Source: Caecitellus pseudoparvulus
Taxonomy: Eukaryota > Protista > Bigyra: Bicosoecida
Length of the DNA stretch: 64,000 nucleotides
Direction of reading: 5' to 3'
NCBI GenBank assembly: GCA_965644315.1
Contig: CBFFRQ010000067.1
Coordinates: forward strand, 812,486-876,485
Shown here one piece after another: positions 49,234 to 58,700 of the stretch. A program made the position numbers and the translations under genes. Below the pieces are notes generated by a model, which was given only the letters and a program-made list of their open reading frames with translations, did no database searches and was not told the origin of the DNA. Positions within the stretch are counted from its first letter, which is position 1. Every line of letters starts with the position of its first letter.

Positions 49234-51453
49234 GAGGTGGGCCGGAGCGCGGTGGTGAGAGCGACCACGGGGTACCGGGCCGTGCCCGTGGAGTGGAGGG
49301 CTGCCGCCCCGCTCTCGACAGACCACCGCGCCATGGCCGTGCTCATCGAATCAATGGTCCAGCAGCTGCATGGGGACCGTTGTTGGACTCCACCGGGGCT
49401 CTTCGAGGACATCTTGCGTGGGGGCTTGGACTGGGGCCCCCACCCCGTGGTCTCATACTGGGGTTGCCAGGAGGCCCACGCTGACGTGTGTCCCGCATGC
49501 GGCGAGACCACTTCCAGATTACGGCAGCTTGAGCGGTGCGCAGCCATGCGACTGCTCACCGTGGTCACGCTGCGCGGGTGGGACCCCGCTTGGCTGCTGT
49601 TCCGCCGCCCCCCGGCAGCGGCATCCCCGTCCTCGGCATACGTGCTGCAGCCGCACGACGAGCGGGCGGGGGCAGCGGCCTATGACGCCTTCGCGGCTGC
49701 GCGCGTGCTGCAGCCGGTCACCCCCCAGCAGCTGCAGCAGCACCGAAAGATGGGGGGGCCAGCCGCTTCTGCCTTCGTTGTCACGACATGGGCCCCCCAG
49801 CCGGGCGTCAGCGACGAAGCTCTGCGACAGTGGGCTGCTGCGAACCCAGGCGAGGCGGTGCAGGCCGCCAGCTCTTCCCGCGCGCCCGCCCGCCCGAGCC
49901 GCCTGTTCCGGGCCAAGCAGCGGGTGGTGTACGATCTGGCAGCCGTCAACCAGGCCTCAGTGAGCCCCCCATTCCACTACCCCACGCTGGAGAGCTGGGC
50001 GCTGCGCCTCCCGCCGAACTCGGACTGTGTTGTCCTGGACGTGGAAGCAGGGTACACGGCCATCCCCATCGCTCCGTCGGGCGCCGGACTGTTCACCATG
50101 CTCGCCCAGGGCAGGCCAGCCTTCCGCATGCTTCGGATGGCCTTCGGGTACAGCCCGGCCGGGGCCATTTTCTGCTTTTTTTCTGGACTTCTGGGCGCCA
50201 AGATCGAAGCGGCGTTCCCAGCAGGGCATGTGGTTGTGTACGTAGACGACGTCGGGCTTGGGGGAGCTACGTTGGGGCCACGGCCATCGATCGTGCCCAA
50301 GATAACTCAACTGTTCGAGGACGTGGGCTTCCGGGTGTCGCGCAAGAAGACGCAAGGGCCACAGCGCGTCGTTCAGTACTTGGGGATGGTGGTCAGGTGT
50401 GCCCCGTGTGGGGTGTACCTTGAGTGTCCTCAAGCCAAACGAACTCAGCTGCGGTGGCAGCTGGCCGCGGTCCTTAATCGCCTCGGCGCTTGCTCCACCA
50501 TCCCCAAGCGCGTTTTCGCCGCGGTCACAGGGCGCTTGCACGGCCTGTCGGCCGTGGTGCCCCACGCAAAACAAACGCTGTCGCTCTTGTACGACACCAT
50601 GCGCACACACAAGTACCGCGTCGGCCCCCCCGGCGCTCTCGTGCCTGTCCCCCCGGCGTCGCACGGGGCCCTGCGGACCCTCCTTGAGGCCCTCGGTGGG
50701 CCGTTATCGACGGGCCCGATGCGCCCGCTCTCCCCACTGTCAAGCAGGTGGCGCGCCGCCCTCTTTGGCTCGTGCGACGCGTCGGGGGAAGGCGGGCTGG
50801 GGGCAACAGTGTCGAGGTGGGCAGGGCCAGGAGAACGCACAGACTCCGCTTGGTACGCGTCCATGCGCATCCCCGGCACAGCCCCGGGCGAGGAGCTCGT
50901 GGGAGCCTCCACGATGCTGGAGCTGTACGCAATCGCCTTGGCTATGGCAATGGCGCGGCATGTTTTTCCCGAGCCGGGGCCGCTGCTGCTATGCCTAGCT
51001 GCGGACAGCCAGGCAGCGGTGGCGCTGGCGCGACGAGGGTACAGCAAGCACAGCCGTGAACTCACGCGCGTCTGCGGGGTCCTCGAGCGGGTTTCCCGCG
51101 TTTTGGACGTCCACTTGGCGCCTCGGTGGATCCCGAGGAGCCTGAATTGGCGGGCGGACGCCCTCAGCCACCCCGAAAGGGTGGATAGCAGCACACCGGC
51201 AGCGCTCGGCCTCCCGCCAGGGCAACCAGCCGAGCTGGAGGTATCAGCAGGGGGAAGCAGCGCCGCTGAGCGGTGGCATGATGTGTCCCTAGACGTAGGG
51301 CCGTCGGGAAAGGCCGGGGCGGGCACCGCGTGGATTCACTCAGCTCAACTCTCCGTCGCCCTGCACAGACACACTCTGGATAAGGAAGCAGACCTTCTGG
51401 CAGATGATCAGGGCCATCCCCGCGTCCCCGATCAGCAGGATTCACCAACATAG
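49234..51453 (+). CDS. Ngaro ORF2: reverse transcriptase + RNase H
   Basis: RT motifs VLDVEAGY, RMAFGYSPAG, VYVDDV, QYLG; RNase H motifs CDASG, LELYAI, ADSQAAV, WIPRSLNWRADALS. Same frame as ORF1 directly after its TAG; first ATG at 49333. Confidence 0.92.
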   Translation, partial: EVGRSAVVRATTGYRAVPVEWRAAAPLSTDHRAMAVLIESMVQQLHGDRCWTPPGLFEDILRGGLDWGPHPVVSYWGCQEAHADVCPACGETTSRLRQLERCAAMRLLTVVTLRGWDPAWLLFRRPPAAASPSSAYVLQPHDERAGAAAYDAFAAARVLQPVTPQQLQQHRKMGGPAASAFVVTTWAPQPGVSDEALRQWAAANPGEAVQAASSSRAPARPSRLFRAKQRVVYDLAAVNQASVSPPFHYPTLESWALRLPPNSDCVVLDVEAGYTAIPIAPSGAGLFTMLAQGRPAFRMLRMAFGYSPAGAIFCFFSGLLGAKIEAAFPAGHVVVYVDDVGLGGATLGPRPSIVPKITQLFEDVGFRVSRKKTQGPQRVVQYLGMVVRCAPCGVYLECPQAKRTQLRWQLAAVLNRLGACSTIPKRVFAAVTGRLHGLSAVVPHAKQTLSLLYDTMRTHKYRVGPPGALVPVPPASHGALRTLLEALGGPLSTGPMRPLSPLSSRWRAALFGSCDASGEGGLGATVSRWAGPGERTDSAWYASMRIPGTAPGEELVGASTMLELYAIALAMAMARHVFPEPGPLLLCLAADSQAAVALARRGYSKHSRELTRVCGVLERVSRVLDVHLAPRWIPRSLNWRADALSHPERVDSSTPAALGLPPGQPAELEVSAGGSSAAERWHDVSLDVGPSGKAGAGTAWIHSAQLSVALHRHTLDKEADLLADDQGHPRVPDQQDSPT

Positions 51454-52303
51454 GCTGGCAAAGGGGACGGTGGTCAAGTACGTTCGCGCGGTTGCTGGCC
51501 TGATCAGGGCCGCTCCAGCACCCCGGGACAGGGCGCGGACCATGGTGGGCATCTTAACGGGCGGCGTGGCCGCAGGCAGATGGGCCCCCCATCGGGCGAA
51601 GCAGATCCTGGCGCAATGGGTCGGTGGTTTTAGGTATCTGGGCCTGCCAATCCCGTCGCTAGCCCCGCTGGGGCTCACAGTCGGCAGCATCTGCCGGGCA
51701 ATCCGCCGGCTCCACCGAGGGAGAGGGGAGCAACACCGCCGCCCTATCAGCAAAGAACAAGTCATGGAGGCCATGAAGCGGGCATGGGACGGGCCACACC
51801 TCGGGAGGCATGCCCCAACTGCCGCCGCAGCTATCTACATCGGCTTTCATGGCATGTGCAGGCCGGGAGAGCTCCGGGGCCTGCGATGGGAGGAGTTGCA
51901 CTTCGGGCGGGCGGGCCCCCTGCAGTGGGTGGAGGCCAGGGTCACGGATAAAACGCACCTGAGTGCAAACCGCCACATCCAGGTGGTGCGCCAGGCCGAG
52001 TGGGCGGGGGCCTTCGACCGCCTCCGGGAGCAGGCCCGGGACAAGCGGGGAAGCCTGCTCCCAAGGTGGGCGTGGCTCAGCCTGCAAGGCATCCTGAAGG
52101 CTGTAGCGGGCGTGTCCTTGGCCCACCTGAGACCCGGGGGCAATATGTTCTGGACAGGCCGGGCCCCCGACGTCTTGGTGGAGCACGCGGCGGGCTGGGC
52201 GGCTGGCTCCCCCACCCGGGCACGATACTACACCCAGGGGGGGGGGGAGGGGGCGAGGCTGTGGCACGAGGCCATGACACCCAGGGGAGGAAGCAAGCAT
52301 TGA
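51369..52303 (+). CDS. Ngaro ORF3: tyrosine recombinase (second exon of an inferred spliced ORF1N-YR mRNA; internal ATG at 51404)
   Basis: GFHGMCRPGEL (Arg I), DKT (Lys), AHLRPGG (Arg II), AGW (Trp), RYY (Tyr). It overlaps the 3' end of ORF2 and stops 5 nt before B1. Confidence 0.9.
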
Positions 52304-52308
52304 AAAGT

Positions 52309-52460
52309 ATTGGCGGGTGCCGCAAGGAGGCGTCCCCTCCCCCAAGAGATGCAGCGAGCCCTGGTGGCCGCTGGCATAGAGGGGGGAGGGGACGGCCTCG
52401 AGGCGGGCCCAGTTCAATGCATTTCGATTGCCACGCACAACGCACCAACACGAGGGAACC
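52309..52460 (+). repeat. Ngaro repeat B1 (152 bp)
   Basis: ATTGGCGGGTGCC...CACGAGGGAACC, repeated at 52646-52797. Confidence 0.93.
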
Positions 52461-52645
52461 GAGGTTGCCGGCACCCCAGCCGGCAACCATGTTTCCCGGC
52501 AGGAGGGGCGGCGGGCAGTCCCACGCTAGTGGCACAATTGTCCCCCGCCGCCCCAACGCAGAGTAGACGACGGCAGGACCGGGCATGACAAAACCAGTCA
52601 TTAGCCGGCCTCGTCACTCTCTTTCCTTTTTTTTTCTTTTTCTCG
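52459..52645 (+). repeat. Ngaro repeat A2
   Basis: Direct repeat of A1, sharing the CC with B1. Confidence 0.93.
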
Positions 52646-52797
52646 ATTGGCGGGTGCCGCAAGGAGGCGTCCCCTCCCCCAAGAGATGCAGCGAGCCCTG
52701 GTGGCCGCTGGCATAGAGGGGGGAGGGGACGGCCTCGAGGCGGGCCCAGTTCAATGCATTTCGATTGCCACGCACAACGCACCAACACGAGGGAACC
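52646..52797 (+). repeat. Ngaro repeat B2 (152 bp)
   Basis: Direct repeat of B1; host sequence resumes at 52798. Confidence 0.93.
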
Positions 52798-55700
52798 TCG
52801 CACCGTCGCATTGCCAGTCCACGGCTGCACGTGCACAGTCCACGAGGCGATACCCAGTGCTCGCGTCACACGGTCACCTGGCCACAGCAGCACGATGGAC
52901 AGTACGCCAGCGGGGGACTGCTGCGCGCAGAACAGGGTGGGGGAAGCTGTGGGTGGCTGCAGGGGCAGCTGGTACGAAAAGTCCGCCACGCCTGCACTGG
53001 CGGGCAGTGATGCCTGCTGCCCAACAGTGTGCACTGTGATGGGCAAGGCGTCCAGGCGGCCGTCTGGCTGTGCAGGCACTCCTTGGTGCAGCAGAATGCT
53101 GGTGCCACCCCCCCACTCAAACGGCACGGAGTGCAGGGCGCCCACTGAAACACGGGCGATGTGGGCTGCAGTGGCGCCAAAGTTGGCGCCGGACAGCGTC
53201 ACGCGCGTGGTGTTCGCGAAGCCCTGCGCAGGGCTGACGCGAGTGACGAGGGGCGGCCCATGCACCAGCAGGCGAGCACTCTGCGCTGTCACGTCAATGC
53301 CTGTGTGCGTTCGCAGCACCAAGGCGAGTTCTACGACGTCGCCTGCTGGCACAGGCGGCAAGGCTGCCTCACGGAAGTCGGTGCAGCTGGCTTCCACGCT
53401 GCTGCCGACTTGACGAGCACGCATGGTGCCGCCCATGCCGCTGCACGTCGCAAGTGTGTCGCCGTCGGCATCCCGCACGAACACCTCCTCCTGCCCGGTG
53501 CTGGGCTGGTCCGGGCCAGCCAGCACCGGGCCAATGAAGGAGATAGTGGAGGTGGTGGGCGACGAGGGCGCTGCGAGGAACTGCAGCGTGCCGGAGACTT
53601 GGATGATCTCGGGGGAAGCAAACCGCAGCGCAGATGCGAGGGTGAAGTTGCCACCAGACACCAGGGTGACGGTCACGGGCGCGAGGCCCACGGCGCCCCC
53701 CGCAGCCTGCCACGTCGGCGCCGTGCAGGTGAGTGTGCCGGGCGAAGTCACCACAACGCCAGTGCATGGACCGCTGCCGACCGTCACGGAGCGCACGCCA
53801 TCCAGCTCCAGCTCAGCGGCGAAGTTGCTGCCAAACACGGTCAGGGCACCGCCGGCCGTGGACAACGTGGATGGCTGCACAGCGCTGATGCTGGGTTGCA
53901 GCAGCACAGTCAGCGGTGCAGGGGCGGTGGCCACGACCTGCCCCAGCATGGACAGCTGCACGGGGCAGTTGGCGCTTGCTTGCCCACCTGCACGTGCAGT
54001 GGCCGGCGCTTGCAGGGCAGCCGCATCCAGCCCAGCGCAGAGCAGCTGCCCTGGTGCCTGGGCTTGAACCGCAGGGCAGGGCACGCCGCAAATGCGGATT
54101 TCGTGTGAGAAATTCACGCCAGCCACTGCCAGAGAGCTGCCACTGAGCGTGACATTCAAGAACGCCTGCCCTGCTGTTGGCCTGGCGAAGACGGACGCAG
54201 GTTGCACCTGTGCCACAACTGGCGCCGCGTAACGTGCAATGGCTGGCGCTTCGACCAGCGTCGCAGACGCACCGCCCCGGCGCGTGAAGTGGATGGGGGT
54301 GAGGGGACCAAGGCCAGGGGGCAGCTGGCACTGCACGGAGGCCCCTGTGGATGCCGCTGACAGGGGGATGCAGGAGGCGTTGTGGGGCCCCAGCGTTACG
54401 GCGGCCACCTGGCCCACGTGTGTGGCCAGCCGCAGCCCGAAGAGAGTGAGCACTTGCCCGGCAATGTCTGCTGGGAAGGGCAGCACGCCAGTCAGCAGCG
54501 GCTGGCCCAGCACGGGGGCTGAGGCTGGCAGGCGCGCAGCTACATCACCGCCGCCACGCAACAGGAGTGTGTCGACCAGGGGCAATTCCCGCTCCACGTC
54601 CGACAGAGGAAGGGCGGAACACAGAATGTAAGAGGCATTGATGACGGTGGCACTGCCACATTGCGCGTCCCCGACACTGGCGTGCACTGTGGAGTTGGCG
54701 AGGCCCAGGTTGGCGCCGTGAATGGCCACAGCAGCCGTGCCGCGCGCACCCCACACCAGGACAGCTTCCTGCCCCAGAACCTCCACAGCTTCGATGCTGG
54801 GTGTGGCGTACTGCACGGTCACGGGCGGCCAGGACTCCTGGCCAGCCACAGACACAGTCAGGCCCACCGTTCCCGTGCCTGGTGGCATGCGGCAGTGCAG
54901 CAGCCCAGACAGCCGCGAAGCGCCCAACAATGCACATTGCCCTGTCACCTGCCAAGTGGAGTTCGCCGGGGTGTGCACCCATACAGCCGTCGCGTTGAGG
55001 GGGAGTTGGAAGGGCACGGCGGCGGCGGCGAGGGCGCTGGTTGCCTGGCCCAAGCCGAATCCGCGCAGTTGGATGTCTTGCCCTGTGATGCTCAGCCCAG
55101 CGCTGGGGATGGCGGCGGTGATTTGCGGCGGCTCATACTGCAGTCGCGCTGCAGCCGTCGTGCCGGCGATGGGGGACGGCAGGCCCGGCACAGTGTGGTG
55201 CAGGAGGATGGGGACACCCCCCGACACGTTGGCGCTGGGTAGGGGCGGCGCGAGGCAGTGCAGGACACGGCCGCCTTGCCCGACGAGGGAGGGCGCAGTG
55301 CAGGCCGCACCGCCCACTGTGATGGTGAAGTGCTTGGAGGTGGATGAGACGATGCTGAGTGCCCAAAAGACGCCCCACAGGCGCACCAGCGTGCCTCCTT
55401 GAGACGCCACGGTGACTCCCGTGTCGGGTCCGGGGGGAGTGTCCAGCGGCAGGGCGGCATCCATGGCGGCGTGGATGGCAAGGGTGCCGTTGGCGTGCAC
55501 CCACGTGTCTGGCCAGGCACACGTGGTGCTCCACGCCTGCACGGCGCTCTGCGTGCCCCCGCCGCCGGCCGAACACCCTGTCCAGGCTGTGCACACGCCA
55601 CTGCCCTCCTGTGTGGGCATGCCAGCGATGGTGCAGGGAATGCCCAGTGCGGCTTGCGGCAGCGGGATGGACACCTCGTCGGCGCCGTGCAAGGAGGCGA

Positions 55701-58700
55701 ACAGCCAGGGGGCAGTCCAGGCAGCTCAGCCATGTTGCACGTGACACATGTGTGCACTTGGGTGATGCTGCGCCACGAGCCACGGCTGCCCACCACTGCA
55801 GGGCGCGTGGAGATGCCTGCCAGGGTCAGGTACCCTGACAGGTCCAGCGCCCACTGGGCGGCGTGTGTGGCGTGGCGGGCAATGCCTCGAGTGTCAGTGG
55901 ACGTGGTGGTGCCGCGGCCACGCAGGCCGTCCTCATCGAGGCCGAAGCACTTGACAGCACCTCCCCACAGCACGACGCACGTTGTAGCGAGGGGCGTGGC
56001 CACAGAGCGCACGGCTGGAGGCAGTCCTGCCACGCCCACCTCGGCGGGGGCCTTGATGTCCCCCACAGACGCAGTGCCGCCCGTGACCAGGCCGCCTGAC
56101 ACACCCTCGCCCCAACACTGCAGGTGGCCTGACTGCAGCAGGGCACAGGTGTGCCGCGACCCAGCGAACACGTCGATGGCAGGGCCTGACAGCCGCACAC
56201 GCGGCATGCAGGCCAACATGTACTGCGTCATGGAGTTGCACACGTTGCCGTTGGTGTCATACTCCAGTTGGCCATCATGGCCGACTTTTTGGGCCCCCTG
56301 CAACGGCACTCCGGCCTTGCCCTGTCCGTCAAAGCCGTTGTTGGAGGTGTGCTGCCCCCAGCACTGCACCCCACCATCTGCGAACACCACACACGCATGC
56401 GTGTCCCCCGTTGACACGCGCACAGCCGGCACCCTTGCAAAGGTCTGGTTGAAGCGCAGGTATCCCTGTGCTGATGGGTGTCCACCCCCCTATCAGCGCT
56501 GTTCACCATGTTGCCGTACCCCAGCTGGCCATGGTGGTTGCGGCCCCAGCACGTGACATTGCCGTGCACTGTCACCGCACAGGCAAAGTGGTTCCCCGCT
56601 GCGACAGCGGACAACGTGTCCGGGGGCGCACCAATGCCTGCCGCGAGGGGCAGGGGGGGGAACGCCGTGACTGGGTGAGCCAGGCCCAGCACATTGCTGG
56701 AATTATGCAGTGCTGCCAAGTCTGCAGTAGGGTGTCCCAAGCAGCCATAGGCGCTGTCCCCCCAGCACCGCACCCGGCCAGCAGCGTTCAGAACACAGGA
56801 GACCTTGTCCCCCACCCTCACGTCCACGATGGCTTCATCGCTGATGCCACCAAACACGAAGGGGGGCGTGCGCACAGACAGTGGCAGCTCTTGCAGGGAG
56901 CGCCACGGAACTCCCTGCCCGCCATACGCTGCCTCATGAATGTACCCCCAACACACCAAGCGTCGTGAGTCGCGGAGGATGGCACAGGTGGCGCGCTGGC
57001 CCACCGACACTTGGCTGGCAGCTTCAGGCAGCGGCACTGACGGCGCCTGCCACCACATCTCGTCGTCCCCGATGTGCTGGGAGTCGCCCTGAAAGAAAGG
57101 CTGCGGCAGGCCCAAGTACGGCCATGTGCCGTCGCCACTGCCCCAGCACGACACCCGGCCGCCCTCACGCAGCACACAGACACGGCCTCCCCACCCCGAG
57201 ATGCTGACACCGTCAGCGTGCCGGGGCGGGCGCAGAGCCAGAGATGCAGCGATGGTGGGGGTGGCGTCATACCGTTGTGGCACCAGGGGCAACAGGTACA
57301 GGGGCGTGGACTGGCCCTGCGTGGCAGACTTGCCCAGCCCCCCACGCCCCTCCAGCGACATGCCCATGTGCGTGAGTGCGCCGCCCTGCATCAGCACGCT
57401 GGTGTACAGGAAGCCAGGCGCCGCGGCGACAGCCCCGCCCTGCAGCAGCACTGGTCCGTCCGCGCCCACTGGCACGCCAGGCCACTCGGCTTGGCCACTG
57501 CTGCCGTCGTTAGCCACTCGGATGAAGGCCTCCCCCGACCCTAGCAGGCTGCCCCCCTCGCCGAAGGTGAGGATGCCCCAGCAATACAGGTCGCCCCCCA
57601 CCACGACGGCGCAGTTGTGCAGTTCACCACAGGCGATGGATGTGATGGGGGCGGGGAGCCTCACCACAGGGCCGTGCTCAGCAGTCTCATCGTCGCCGAT
57701 GCTGGCAGCCACAGCCAGCCCCAGGCGTCCGTACAGCACGTTGTCTGAGGTGGGGTCGTCGCCGTTCAGGCTGATGGAGGTGACCAGGAAGCCGTTCACG
57801 TTTCCGCCGAAACACAGCGCGCCCCCACTGGCGCCCACGACACACGCGTGCATGGAGCCCACTGCCATGTTCAGCACCCGTCCCATGCCCAGAGGCGTCG
57901 TGCCGACTGCGGATGGGTCGTTCACATTCCAGATGTGGCCCAGGCCCAGCTGTCCGCCGGTCTGTGTCAGCCCCACATCTGGCTTGTTCGAGCCCCAGCA
58001 CTGCAGGTGCCCCGTGATGAGCAGCGCGCAGTAGTGCTGATGCCCGCCCTGGATGTCCACTGCTGCAGCGCTGAGGAGGGCAGGGAGGGCCTGGGCGGCT
58101 TCGCGAATGCCAGTGGACGTGCCGTCCCCCAGCTGCCCAACGTTCCCCTGTCCCCAGCAGTGCACCTGCCCCAGGGTGTTCAAGGCACAGGTGCTGGTGT
58201 CTGACGTCGCCACGTGGATGGTGAGCCCAGCACTGGCGGGAAGGGGCACTGGGCCGAAGTCTATTGGCAGCTCGTCATCCCCGATGTTGGTGGTGCTCGA
58301 CGTGGGGTAGCGGCCACACTGGCCCCACCCATTCCACCCCCAGCACATGACTTGCCCGCTGTGCAGCACAGTGCACGTATGCATGGACGCCAGGGACAGG
58401 GCTCGAGCGGGGCCAGGCAGCGACACGAAGGGGATGTCCCCCAGGGGCTCCTCATCCCCCACATTGTCGGTGGAGCCGTAGCCAAGGCGGCCGGCGCCAT
58501 TCTGCAGCAGTGACTGTGGGCCGCCCACACCATAGCACTTGACGCCGCCTCCCACGAAGATGCTGCAGCCATGAGAGTGCCCTGAGACAGCCAGCACCAC
58601 CCCTGCCGTGGCCGGACGCAGAGCCTGTGTGAGCGGCGGGAAGGAGGCGACAGGGCCCGGGGCAGCCAAGCCCTGCCACGCCACCGGCCCCTGCTCGGCG

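Larger units (their letters stand above)
46971..52797 (+). mobile_element. Full-length Ngaro-type (DIRS order) tyrosine-recombinase retrotransposon, 5,825-bp net insertion
   Basis: Split direct repeats A1-[ORF1, RT/RNase H, YR]-B1-A2-B2. There is no conventional TSD; a CC core occurs at both ends and at the B1/A2 junction. Confidence 0.95.

Noticed and set aside
46971-52797. LTR retrotransposon, DIRS1-type element or prokaryotic RT system (DGR, retron, group II intron)
   Set aside because: No DDE integrase, protease, inverted terminal repeats or TSD. The A1...B1-A2-B2 split direct repeats with RT/RNase H/YR fit Ngaro; PAT-like elements share this layout, so the subgroup needs an RT phylogeny.
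52414-52797. Element-derived ends of ORFs 52414-55692, 44654-47113, 28919-29863 and 31584-32210 as real protein segments
   Set aside because: These are host frames reading into or out of the inserted terminal repeats.
55708-56490. Programmed frameshifting or old pseudogenisation in the RCC1/TIG gene (also 47306-10, 52237-47, 63679-84)
   Set aside because: Every frame break lies in a homopolymer run, the typical long-read error pattern. It cannot be treated as biological without short-read confirmation.
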